Part shown: positions 26,699-34,921 of the stretch, piece by piece
Layout: each line of letters opens with the position of its first letter
How positions within the stretch are numbered: position 1 is the stretch's first letter
Assembly (NCBI GenBank): GCA_046727855.1
Contig: JBKPDL010000006.1
Coordinates: 27,509-91,508 of the forward strand
From: Acidobacteriota bacterium
GTDB lineage: Bacteria > Acidobacteriota > Vicinamibacteria > Vicinamibacterales > UBA2999
Length of the DNA stretch: 64,000 nucleotides
Direction: 5' to 3'
Position numbers and translations under genes: made by a program
The notes under the pieces: generated by a model
Database searches by the model: none
Seen by the model: the letters and a program-made list of their open reading frames with translations, nothing else
What the model was told of the DNA's origin: nothing

Positions 26699-27640
26699 TC
26701 AGGGCGACCAGGCTGGCGCAACGAATGGCAGTTTCGCGATCGTTGCGGCAGCCCAACCTCCTGCGGTTTTCACTTCCACGGCGGTTCCTGGCGCAACGAA
26801 ATCGCGATGCACGTAACCGAGCGCGATTGGACGCTCGAGCGCCGGTGACCAAACTGCGCTGGTAATGCGGCCAACATCGCGCTCCCCCGCACGAACGCTG
26901 TCGCCTGACTTCGGCGACGCGTTTTTTTCAAACTGAAATCCAATCAGCTTCTTCGCGACGCGGCCATGCCCACGCTGCGTCACGCGCACGATCACTTCCT
27001 GTCCAACGTAGCAACCCTTGGTAAACGAAATCGCGCGATCCTCGATTCCAGCTTCGAGCGGAATAGTGTGTTCATCCATGTCGACCAGAAACTGCGGCGT
27101 CCCCGATTCCACACGGACGACGTCGAGAGTCTCGAGTGTCGTCTCTACGGCGCCTGCGGATAACAATTTCGCGACCACGACATCGACGTCGTTTCGCGCC
27201 ACAAACAGCGTCATCGCAGAACCGCCAAACACATCGTCTTTGATTGCCGCGATCGCTGTAATGGCAGGCGGCATCACAGCCTGCGGCCCATGGATGTCAA
27301 CGACCGCAATCGAACCGGTTTCGTCAGCGATCTGGACGTCTTCCGCGAAGATCAGCGCATCGAGCCGCACCCGCAGAGCTTCGGCGAGGACGGCGGGTAC
27401 TTCAAGGAACGTGCAATCCGCAAGCTCCGCTACCCGCATGTCGGAGATCATCCGTCCCTGCGGCGTCAGGGAGGCGGCGTAGCGGCTCTCCCCTGGTTGC
27501 AGCTTCGACACGTCGTTCGTCACCAGCCCCTGAAGCCATGCCAATCTGTCGTCACCGCGGACCACCAAAACACCACGATCGCCGCGGCGAATGACGGCGC
27601 TCGCCGTCCGGAGGGCGCGGTAGCCGTCTGAGGAATACAT
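26699..27640 (-). CDS. YgfZ/GcvT-family folate-binding protein
   Basis: Aminomethyltransferase-like fold and the YgfZ signature TKGCYVGQE. Confidence 0.75.
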   Translation of the reverse strand: MYSSDGYRALRTASAVIRRGDRGVLVVRGDDRLAWLQGLVTNDVSKLQPGESRYAASLTPQGRMISDMRVAELADCTFLEVPAVLAEALRVRLDALIFAEDVQIADETGSIAVVDIHGPQAVMPPAITAIAAIKDDVFGGSAMTLFVARNDVDVVVAKLLSAGAVETTLETLDVVRVESGTPQFLVDMDEHTIPLEAGIEDRAISFTKGCYVGQEVIVRVTQRGHGRVAKKLIGFQFEKNASPKSGDSVRAGERDVGRITSAVWSPALERPIALGYVHRDFVAPGTAVEVKTAGGWAAATIAKLPFVAPAWSP

Positions 27641-27646
27641 GATCTA

Positions 27647-27776
27647 ACCCCTCAATTCACTTTGAGTGGCAAATCGTGGCATCGAAGTGATTCGACCGTA
27701 TGGGACAGAACCCGGGCGGCTTTCGGGCGGCTCGCGCCGTTGGCGCCATCCACTTCGAGTGGTCTCCGGGGTTAAG
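27647..27776 (+). repeat. Intergenic repeat family 1, copy C (about 130 nt)
   Basis: Occupies nearly the whole divergent intergenic region between the ygfZ-like start (27640) and the hydrolase start (27788). Confidence 0.8.
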
Positions 27777-27787
27777 CTGGAATTACC

Positions 27788-29467
27788 GTGCTCAAGCTTC
27801 ATTCTACGCGGCTCATTCTCGCGGCGTGTCTGGCCTCCTCCGCTCCGGCCGCATGGTCGCTCAACGGCTTTCAACTGTCCACCGATTCCGGCAGCCGCTC
27901 GTACGTGGTCTTCCTGCAATCGCGTCCGATTGGGCGTGAAGAAGTGTCGATTACGCGGGTCGCCGGCGAGTGGATCGTCCGCGGCAGCTCGCGCATCGGA
28001 CAGCCGGTTGACACCGTCACGCGATCGACCGAGATCCGCTACACCGAGCAGTGGCATCCGACGCGTTTTGCGCTCGAAGGCTCAAACCGTGGACAGGAAA
28101 TCGCCATCACCACGACGTTTGCCGATGGCAAGGCAAATAACGAAATCACCGTCGCCGGTAAGACCGACACCAAGTCCGACGCTGTATCGCCTGACGCGGT
28201 CGTCTTGCCCAACACGCTACTCACCTCATATTCGGTTCTCGCACACCGGCTGGCCGGCGCAAAGCCAGGCGACACATTCCCCGGCTACATCGTGCCGCAG
28301 ATCGAAGTGCCGATCTCGGTTGCCGGCATCAATCGCGACCGCGTGGAAACTCCACAGCGGGTCGCCGAAGCCACGCGCTACACGTTGATCGTGAAGCACC
28401 CAAACGGCGAATTGCGCATCACACTGTGGGGAGACGCAGATGGGTCGCTATTGCGCCTCAGCGTTCCGGCGCAAGGTCTCGAACTGGCGCGCGAAGACAT
28501 CGCATCTGCCGCGGCGCGAACGACGTCTTTTTCGCTGCCCACCGACGAAGCCGTTCGAATTCCTGCAAACGGATTCAATCTCGCCGGGAGCGTGGCGAAG
28601 CCTGTTGGCGCAACCGCCAAGCTTCCCGCGGTGTTGCTGGTGGGCGGCTCGGGACCAACCGATCGCGATGAGACCGTTTTTGGGGTGCCCGTGATGGGGC
28701 ACATTGCGGCTGCTCTCGTCGACGCCGGCTTCCTGGTTGCGCGCTACGACAAGCGGGGCATCGGCCAAAGCGGTGGTCGCGCCGAAAGCTCGACCATTAC
28801 CGATTTTGTCGAGGATGCGCGTGCCGGCATCGCCTGGCTGGTTAAGCGCCCCGACGTCGATAAGGAGCGCATTGCCATCGTCGGCCACAGCGAAGGCGCA
28901 TGGGTTGCGCTCACTGTCGCGGCGCGCGATAAGCGCATCGCGGCCGTCACGATGATTGCCGGTCCGTCCATGCCCGGGACCGACGTCGTTCTCGAGCAGC
29001 AGGCGCATCTCTTCGAGCAGATGAAGACGCCGGACGCCGAGCGCCAGGAGAAAGCGGGGTTACAAAAGCGGATTCACGACGCCGTACTCGGTCGCGGCAG
29101 CTGGGACGGCATTCCGGCGGACCTCCGCAAACAGGCCGAAACGCCGTGGTTCCACAGCTATCTCACGTTCGATCCGATCAAAACAATGAAGGACGTGCGA
29201 CAGCCGATTCTGATTGTGCAAGGCGAGCTCGACACGCAGGTACCGCCTCACCATGCCGACAAGCTCGCTGAGGCGGCACGGGCGCGTAAACGGAAGGCAG
29301 GCGTCGACATCGTCAAAGTGCCGGGCGTCAACCATCTGCTCGTGCCCGCGAAGACCGGCGAAGTCACTGAATACGGCACCCTGAGCGATAACAAGGTGTC
29401 GCCCGCCGTGACATCCGCAATTTCCCTGTGGCTCGCAAAAACGCTGGGGCCGGCCGAACGAAAATAA
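27788..29467 (+). CDS. Secreted alpha/beta hydrolase (S9/dienelactone-hydrolase-like C-domain with N-terminal beta-rich domain)
   Basis: Signal-like N-terminus (LILAACLASSAPAAW). Nucleophile elbow VGHSEGAW, then QGELDTQVP and GVNHLLV completing a Ser-Asp-His arrangement. Confidence 0.75.
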   Translation: MLKLHSTRLILAACLASSAPAAWSLNGFQLSTDSGSRSYVVFLQSRPIGREEVSITRVAGEWIVRGSSRIGQPVDTVTRSTEIRYTEQWHPTRFALEGSNRGQEIAITTTFADGKANNEITVAGKTDTKSDAVSPDAVVLPNTLLTSYSVLAHRLAGAKPGDTFPGYIVPQIEVPISVAGINRDRVETPQRVAEATRYTLIVKHPNGELRITLWGDADGSLLRLSVPAQGLELAREDIASAAARTTSFSLPTDEAVRIPANGFNLAGSVAKPVGATAKLPAVLLVGGSGPTDRDETVFGVPVMGHIAAALVDAGFLVARYDKRGIGQSGGRAESSTITDFVEDARAGIAWLVKRPDVDKERIAIVGHSEGAWVALTVAARDKRIAAVTMIAGPSMPGTDVVLEQQAHLFEQMKTPDAERQEKAGLQKRIHDAVLGRGSWDGIPADLRKQAETPWFHSYLTFDPIKTMKDVRQPILIVQGELDTQVPPHHADKLAEAARARKRKAGVDIVKVPGVNHLLVPAKTGEVTEYGTLSDNKVSPAVTSAISLWLAKTLGPAERK

Positions 29468-29469
29468 CG

Positions 29470-29929
29470 AAGCGAGCCATCAAATGACGATCCACATTTC
29501 GTCGACAGCGTGGCGCAAGCGGTTCGCCGAATCTCCGTAATCGGCAGCGGCCTCGAACCGCAGCGGTTCTCCAAACCTGACGCGCACGCGATGCCAGGCG
29601 CCGCACCATCACGCATCGTTTTCCGCGAGAATCGCACAGCGGTCGCCGGCGACGAGATCCTGCTCCGCGAGCCATGCAGCGCGTGATAAGGCCAGCGCGC
29701 GCAGTTCACGGTAGCTGCGGCGTTCGAGCCCGTCGCGGCGCTGGACTTCGACGGCCACTCGATCCGCGAAACGCGTGGCCAGGTCGTCGAACGCCTGCCA
29801 GAAATTCACGCGGCTAACTTTGAACTGACATCGAAAAGCTGGCAACTGGGGACACGAATAGGCCGCGACCGCCTGCGGATGCCGATTTCGAGGCGCCGGT
29901 CGCCGTGGCTGAACGCGCTGCGCCGACAC
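29470..29929 (-). pseudogene. Remnant of an AMP-dependent synthetase/ligase (acyl-CoA synthetase) N-terminus
   Basis: FWQAFDDLATRFADRVAVE...SYRELRALALSRAAWLAEQDLVAGDRCAILAENDA resembles the first roughly 70 aa of adenylate-forming enzymes. It then meets TGA (29609-29611), continues WCGAW and degenerates. No AMP-binding core follows. Confidence 0.5.
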
Positions 29930-30092
29930 TCGCGAGCGATTGGTGGCAGCGATGGCTTGCGAGCTTCAGTACGCGCGACCGATGCGGCGAAACGCGCATT
30001 GAACCCGGGCGTCGCTCGGGCAAACGCGGCCTACGCGGAGGCCGAGCCCCGAGCGCGCCGCGGCGGCGGGCCCTCAGTTACACTAACGGCCG

Positions 30093-30380
30093 ATGTGGAT
30101 TCTCGAATCGACCGATCGCGACCTTCCCTTCATCTTTCGCATCGTACCCGGATCAATCAAAACCATCGGCCGCGCGCCGTGTGCAGACTTCATCGTGGAT
30201 GCTGCGCTCGTGTCGCGTCTGCATTGCCGACTGACGCTTGATTCCGGCCGGCTCGATGTCGAGGACCTGGGGAGCACCAACGGCACCTGGGTGAACGGGC
30301 GCAAGATCGCGCGCGCGCCACTGCTGGCGGGCGATACGCTGAAAGTTGGACGCGTCGAATTCGCGGTGCAGGCGCCATAG
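30093..30380 (+). CDS. Small FHA-domain protein (95 aa)
   Basis: FHA core GRAPCADFIVDAALVSRLHCRL...VEDLGSTNGTWVNGRKI. Confidence 0.85.
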   Translation: MWILESTDRDLPFIFRIVPGSIKTIGRAPCADFIVDAALVSRLHCRLTLDSGRLDVEDLGSTNGTWVNGRKIARAPLLAGDTLKVGRVEFAVQAP

Positions 30381-30396
30381 CGAGTCGCCGAGCGTG

Positions 30397-31044
30397 TCAG
30401 CGGCCGCCGGCCAGGAACGGATTGGTCCGACGCTCCTTCCCGACCGTCGTCGCCGGGCCATGGCCCGGGTACACGCGCGCTTCGTCACCAAACGCAAACA
30501 GCACGCGCGTAATCGACCGAATCAGCGTTTCGTAGTCGCCGCCCGGAAGATCAGTGCGGCCGATCGAACCGGCAAACAGCGTGTCGCCCACGAACAAATC
30601 GAGCCCCGGCTCACCACGCCGGCCGATCTGCAGGCACACTCCGCCTGGGCAATGACCCGGCGTGTGATGTACCAACACGTCGTACTCCCCGAACGGAATC
30701 GGCCCGGATCCGTCGTAAAACACGTCAACCGGCGGCGGTTGCTCAACCGATAAGCCAAAGAGGGTTCCGTGTGCCACCGCCTGGTTGTAGAGAAAGAGAT
30801 CGTCGCGATGCAGGTAAACCGGCACGTTCAGCGCACGCTTCGCGCGCGCAACGCCGCTGACGTGATCGACATGGGCGTGGGTCAGGAGGATTGCAGCGAC
30901 GTGCAGTGACTCACGCGCGATGAAGGCCAGCAGGACGTCAACTTCGTCGCCCGGATCGATGATGACGGCCTGACGCGTGGTTTCACAGCCAACGACAAAC
31001 CCGTTCTTGTAGAACGGCGCAACAGCCGCGGTTTCGAGGATCAC
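30397..31044 (-). CDS. MBL-fold hydrolase, glyoxalase II (GloB)-like
   Basis: LTHAHVDHVSG, HTPGHCPGG, GDTLFAGSIGRTD. GTG 31044 is chosen because the longer track ORF (to 31440) is low-complexity and overlaps the response regulator on the other strand. Confidence 0.8.
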   Translation of the reverse strand: MILETAAVAPFYKNGFVVGCETTRQAVIIDPGDEVDVLLAFIARESLHVAAILLTHAHVDHVSGVARAKRALNVPVYLHRDDLFLYNQAVAHGTLFGLSVEQPPPVDVFYDGSGPIPFGEYDVLVHHTPGHCPGGVCLQIGRRGEPGLDLFVGDTLFAGSIGRTDLPGGDYETLIRSITRVLFAFGDEARVYPGHGPATTVGKERRTNPFLAGGR

Positions 31045-31068
31045 TAGAGATAGGATAACGAAAGACCG

Positions 31069-31428
31069 ATGATCCTTGTTGTCGTAGACGACTTGATGTT
31101 CCGCTCGAAAATCTCGACTGCCGCCAAGGCGGTTGGCGCGACGATCGCTGCCGCGACGAGCGCCGACGCGGCGATCGCGCGGGCGCGTGAGCTCAAGCCC
31201 GCGCTCGTGATCCTTGATCTCGACAGTGCACGAGTTCAACCGTTCGAAGTGCTGCGTCGGCTGGCGGCGGACGAAGAGCTGTCTCGCACCCCGACCGTCG
31301 GATTTGTATCGCACGTGCACGCGGAGACGATTCGAGAGGCGCGCGCGCTCGGGATCGGCGAAGTGCTGGCGCGAAGTGCCTTCGCTGCCACTCTGCCCGA
31401 CATTCTGACGCGCGGTCGAGATGATTAG
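31069..31428 (+). CDS. Single-domain response regulator (CheY-like receiver)
   Basis: MILVVVDD acidic pocket, phospho-acceptor region ALVILDLD and a conserved later Ser/Lys-region fold. No output domain. Confidence 0.8.
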   Translation: MILVVVDDLMFRSKISTAAKAVGATIAAATSADAAIARARELKPALVILDLDSARVQPFEVLRRLAADEELSRTPTVGFVSHVHAETIREARALGIGEVLARSAFAATLPDILTRGRDD

Positions 31429-32383
31429 CGTCCTCGACATCCTCGCCGCGCGGCGACGTCTCGTCCCTTATCTACGCGACACGCCGCTCCAGCCTTCCGA
31501 CTGGCTCTCTGCGGCAACGGGCGCCCGGGTTCATCTCAAGCTCGAATCGCTACACCTGACGAACTCGTTCAAGATTCGCGGTGCGTTCAATGCGGCACTG
31601 CGAATTGTCGAAACCGCGGGCACGGCGAAGGCGCCGAAGATCGTTACTGCGTCGGCCGGCAACCATGGAAGGGCGCTGGCCCTGGCAGCCGAGCGGCTTG
31701 GTCTCGAGGCTGTGGTGTTCACGCCGCGCACCGCGCCGGCAACGAAGAAGGCGGCCATTCGCTATCACGGCGCCAAGTTGCGGGACGAGTCACCGGACTT
31801 TGATGCCGCTGAACACGCCGCCCAAGCCTTTACTAGTCAGGAAGGTGCGCTTTACGTCTCGCCCTACAACCATGCCGACGTAATCGCGGGTGCCGGCACC
31901 GTGGCCCTCGAGATCCTCGATGTGCTGCCCAGGTTCGATGTGTTGATCGCGCCGCTCGGCGGAGGCGGCCTCGTAAGCGGAGTGGGAACAGTCCTGAAAG
32001 CCGCGGCACCTCACGTGCGCGTGATCGGGGTCGAAACATCCGCCTCGACTCCGTTTGCCGCATCACTCGCCGCGGGTCACATCGTTCAGATACCCGTCAA
32101 AGCGTCGCTCGCCGATGGTCTCACCGGAAATCTCGAGCCTGGGGCAGTAACCTATGAAATTGTCCGGCGCGTCGTCGATCAGCTTGAAGCTGTGGACGAA
32201 GGCGAAATCGCCACCGCGATTAGCAGCCTGGCGGCGGAGGAGCACTTGATTGTCGAAGGCGCCGGCGCCGTCGCTTCCGCCGCTGTCCTGGCCAAGCGCG
32301 TCATTCGCCCCGGCGAAACCGGCGTGGTGTTGGTCACAGGCGGAAACATCGACGTCGTGAAATTAGCCGAGCTGCTTCGGTAA
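31421..32383 (+). CDS. PLP-dependent threonine/serine dehydratase-family enzyme
   Basis: PLP-lysine motif ESLHLTNSFKIRGAFN and glycine loop PLGGGGLVSG. Its start overlaps the response regulator gene end by 8 nt. Confidence 0.8.
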   Translation: MISVLDILAARRRLVPYLRDTPLQPSDWLSAATGARVHLKLESLHLTNSFKIRGAFNAALRIVETAGTAKAPKIVTASAGNHGRALALAAERLGLEAVVFTPRTAPATKKAAIRYHGAKLRDESPDFDAAEHAAQAFTSQEGALYVSPYNHADVIAGAGTVALEILDVLPRFDVLIAPLGGGGLVSGVGTVLKAAAPHVRVIGVETSASTPFAASLAAGHIVQIPVKASLADGLTGNLEPGAVTYEIVRRVVDQLEAVDEGEIATAISSLAAEEHLIVEGAGAVASAAVLAKRVIRPGETGVVLVTGGNIDVVKLAELLR

Positions 32384-32385
32384 CG

Positions 32386-32528
32386 CGTTTCACTCCGCGG
32401 ACGTGCCGCAGCCGCTCGCAGCGACGCCGCGATCGAGCTTGGCGTTGCCCATCCGACTGTATCGTCGGACACCGGTGCCTTCGCGCGGTTCGCGCCGTTG
32501 GCGCTATCCATTCGAGTGAGCTCGGGGG
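32386..32528 (+). repeat. Intergenic repeat family 1, copy D (about 143 nt, diverged 5' half)
   Basis: The 3' half GCCTTCGCGCGGTTCGCGCCGTTGGCGCTATCCATTCGAGTGAGCTCGGGGG is conserved. The 5' half is recognisable (CGACTGTATCGTCGGACACC vs CGACCGTATGGGCGGAAACC). It supplies the last codons and the stop of the convergent SDR gene. Confidence 0.7.
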
Positions 32529-33235
32529 CGAGCGGGGCGCGCCGGCCGGATTTCGATTCGGCTCGGCAGGCTGCGCGCCGGGAATTCTAAAAGTCCAACA
32601 ACCGCGCGCGCCACGTCCTCCGCGTGCAGCCTCCAGTCACTCCCCTGGCCAGCGGATCGCCCTGAAAACTCGGTTGCTACCGACCCAGGCAGCACGTAGG
32701 TCACGCGAATGTTGTCGTAGCGGAGCTCCTGCATCAGCACTTCGCTCAGTGCGTTGAGCGCGGTTTTCGACGCGCAGTACGCGCCGGCGCCGGGAAATGG
32801 ATTCTTGCTCGCCAGACTGCTCACATTGATGATCCAGCCTCCGCCGCGCGCGCGGAGATGCGGAATAGCTGCCTTGCAACAATGAAAGACGCCGGTCAAA
32901 TTGGTTCCGATAATCCGGTTCCATTCATCGTAGGTCATATCGGCAATGGTGCCGCCGACACCGACGCCGGCGTTGTTGACGAGCACATCCAGCTGCCCGA
33001 ACCTGTCCGCGACATGACGCACAGCACGCTCCACGGCAGCCGGATCACGCACGTCGCACACAATGCCTGTCACCTGTTCGGCGCGGCCATCTGCCCCGAG
33101 TTGTTGTTCGGCACTCTGCGTACCACCGTCTGACGTACCAGTGATCGCCACGCGATTGCCGTGCGCGATCAGCATTTGCGCAATCGCAAAACCGATGCCG
33201 CGCGTGCCTCCCGTTACCAGGCAGACTCGATCCAT
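32504..33235 (-). CDS. Short-chain dehydrogenase/reductase (SDR)
   Basis: ATG 33235 gives MDRVCLVTGGTRGIG. NNAG and catalytic YCASK are present. The track ORF extension to 33397 has no SDR similarity. Confidence 0.85.
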   Translation of the reverse strand: MDRVCLVTGGTRGIGFAIAQMLIAHGNRVAITGTSDGGTQSAEQQLGADGRAEQVTGIVCDVRDPAAVERAVRHVADRFGQLDVLVNNAGVGVGGTIADMTYDEWNRIIGTNLTGVFHCCKAAIPHLRARGGGWIINVSSLASKNPFPGAGAYCASKTALNALSEVLMQELRYDNIRVTYVLPGSVATEFSGRSAGQGSDWRLHAEDVARAVVGLLEFPARSLPSRIEIRPARPARPRAHSNG

Positions 33236-33253
33236 GCAGATAGAATAGTCCGC

Positions 33254-34105
33254 GTGGCAACGGCAGTCATCATCGGCGCCGGCGATCTGGGCGGTGCGCT
33301 GGCGCGACAACTCGCCGCCGTCGATGTGCTGTCGAACGTCACGCTCGTCGACGAAGCGGGCGGCGTCGCACAGGGAAAAGCGCTCGACATCCGGCAAGCC
33401 GCTCCCATCGATTGCTATTCGACGATTGTTATGGGCGCGACCGCACTCGATGTTGTCGTCGGCGCCACCTTTGTGGTTGTCGCCGATCGCGGCGACCTGC
33501 AGGGGGAGTGGCGCGACGACGCTGGTGTCGAGTTGATCAGGCGGATTGCAACGCTCAACGCCGTCGCCCCGATTGTTTGTGCAGGCGCGATGCAGGCGCC
33601 GCTTGTCGAACGCGCGGTTCGCGAGCTGGGTGTTTCGCGCTCACGAATACTCGGAACCGCGCCGGAGGCGTTGCGTTCGGCGGTCACCGCGGTGGCGGCA
33701 CTGGAAGCGGGCTGCGCGGCGACGGATCTCAGCCTCACGGTTCTCGGTCGCCCGCCGGATCAGATCATCGTCCCGTGGGAGGACGCGTCAATCGCCGGCC
33801 GTCGCGCGACCTCAGTTCTCGCGCCGCCGGCGGTGACGCGCTTGGATTCGCGCCTCGCCAGGCTATGGCCACCGGGACCTCTCACGCTGGCAGCGGCCAC
33901 AACACGCGTGATTTACTCCGCGTTCTCACGCACGCCGCAAACGTTGTGCGCGTTTGTCTCGATGACGCGCGAAGAAGGCTCGCACGGTACCGTCGGCATG
34001 CTTCCAGTGACGCTCTCGCCGAGAGGAATTGCATCGGTCGCGACGCCGGCGTTGTCCACGCGTGACCGGGTCCGACTGGAAAGCGCGCTCTCAATTCAGA
34101 AGTGA
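33254..34105 (+). CDS. Lactate/malate dehydrogenase-family protein lacking the canonical catalytic His
   Basis: GTG 33254 gives VATAVIIGAGDLGGAL (GxGxxG) followed by LVDEAGGVAQGKALDI, as in MDH. Where MDH/LDH have GGHGD..VP this protein has LGRPPDQIIVP, and the NNP(L/V)D segment is also absent. Confidence 0.6.
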   Translation: MATAVIIGAGDLGGALARQLAAVDVLSNVTLVDEAGGVAQGKALDIRQAAPIDCYSTIVMGATALDVVVGATFVVVADRGDLQGEWRDDAGVELIRRIATLNAVAPIVCAGAMQAPLVERAVRELGVSRSRILGTAPEALRSAVTAVAALEAGCAATDLSLTVLGRPPDQIIVPWEDASIAGRRATSVLAPPAVTRLDSRLARLWPPGPLTLAAATTRVIYSAFSRTPQTLCAFVSMTREEGSHGTVGMLPVTLSPRGIASVATPALSTRDRVRLESALSIQK

Positions 34106-34122
34106 ATGCGCGCCGCGATGCG

Positions 34123-34851
34123 TCACGACCGCAGCGCCGCTTGCGCGACGGTCGGCTCCGCAGCCGTCGACCCGAACACATCGAGAAAATGACGCACCAG
34201 GACATCCTCGACGGTCCGCAACGCATACTGGTGGCCAGTAAGTTTGGCAAGCGATGTGACGCCGCGATCGGCAATGCCGCACGGCACGATCAGATTGAAG
34301 AACTCGAGGTTGGTGTTGACGTTGAACGCGAAGCCATGGCTGGTGATCCAGCGCGAAATACGCACGCCAATGGCGCCGATCTTGTCGGTTTCAACCCATG
34401 CGCCGGTCAACCCGGCAACGCGGTTCGCGTGAACGGCAAACCCGGCACAGGTGCGAATCATCACTTCTTCGAGGTCGCGCACGTAATGATGGACATCTTG
34501 CCGATCAGGCCGAAGGTCCAGAATTGGATACCCAACGATTTGACCCGGCCCGTGGTACGTCACGTCGCCACCGCGGCCGCTGTTGAACACCTCCACGCCT
34601 AATTTGGTCAGACGCTCTGCTGCGGCGATGATGTTGGAGGCGCCGCCCTTGCGCACGCCAACTGTAATGACATGCGGGTGCTGCAGCAGCAGCAACGTAT
34701 CCGGCATGCGGCCTGCCTTACGGTCTTGAACCAGCCGTTCCTGCAGCGCGAGGCCATCGGCGTAAGGCACCACGCCGAGCCGAGAGATCGCAAGTTGCCT
34801 CGTTGGTCCCGTCGGTCTGGTCACTGATCTACCGACTGTATCGACATTCAA
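34123..34851 (-). CDS. lipB: Octanoyltransferase (lipoyl(octanoyl) transferase)
   Basis: LLLLQHPHVITVG, RGGDVTYHGPGQ and KIGAIGVR (catalytic Lys region). Confidence 0.9.
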   Translation of the reverse strand: MNVDTVGRSVTRPTGPTRQLAISRLGVVPYADGLALQERLVQDRKAGRMPDTLLLLQHPHVITVGVRKGGASNIIAAAERLTKLGVEVFNSGRGGDVTYHGPGQIVGYPILDLRPDRQDVHHYVRDLEEVMIRTCAGFAVHANRVAGLTGAWVETDKIGAIGVRISRWITSHGFAFNVNTNLEFFNLIVPCGIADRGVTSLAKLTGHQYALRTVEDVLVRHFLDVFGSTAAEPTVAQAALRS

Positions 34852-34921
34852 CGCATCAGCCCCTGCGCGCCCTATCAGCCCTACGCGCCCACCAGCCCGA
34901 CCTGCTGCCGCCAGACGACTA

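Noticed and set aside
29609-29611. In-frame TGA inside the acyl-CoA-synthetase-like fragment considered as a second selenocysteine codon
   Set aside because: The position does not correspond to any redox or catalytic Cys of adenylate-forming enzymes. Similarity is lost shortly after the TGA, and the AMP-binding core is entirely missing. A truncated pseudogene explains it better.
31045-31440. N-terminal 132-aa extension of the GloB-like ORF (track ORF 30397..31440)
   Set aside because: The extension is Arg-rich and lacks MBL similarity. It overlaps the response-regulator gene on the other strand. GTG 31044 gives a normal-length enzyme starting just before the first beta-strand. The same logic was applied to track ORFs 1044.., 5046.., 32504..33397, 33161.., 41525.., 44143.. 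and 57290..58627.
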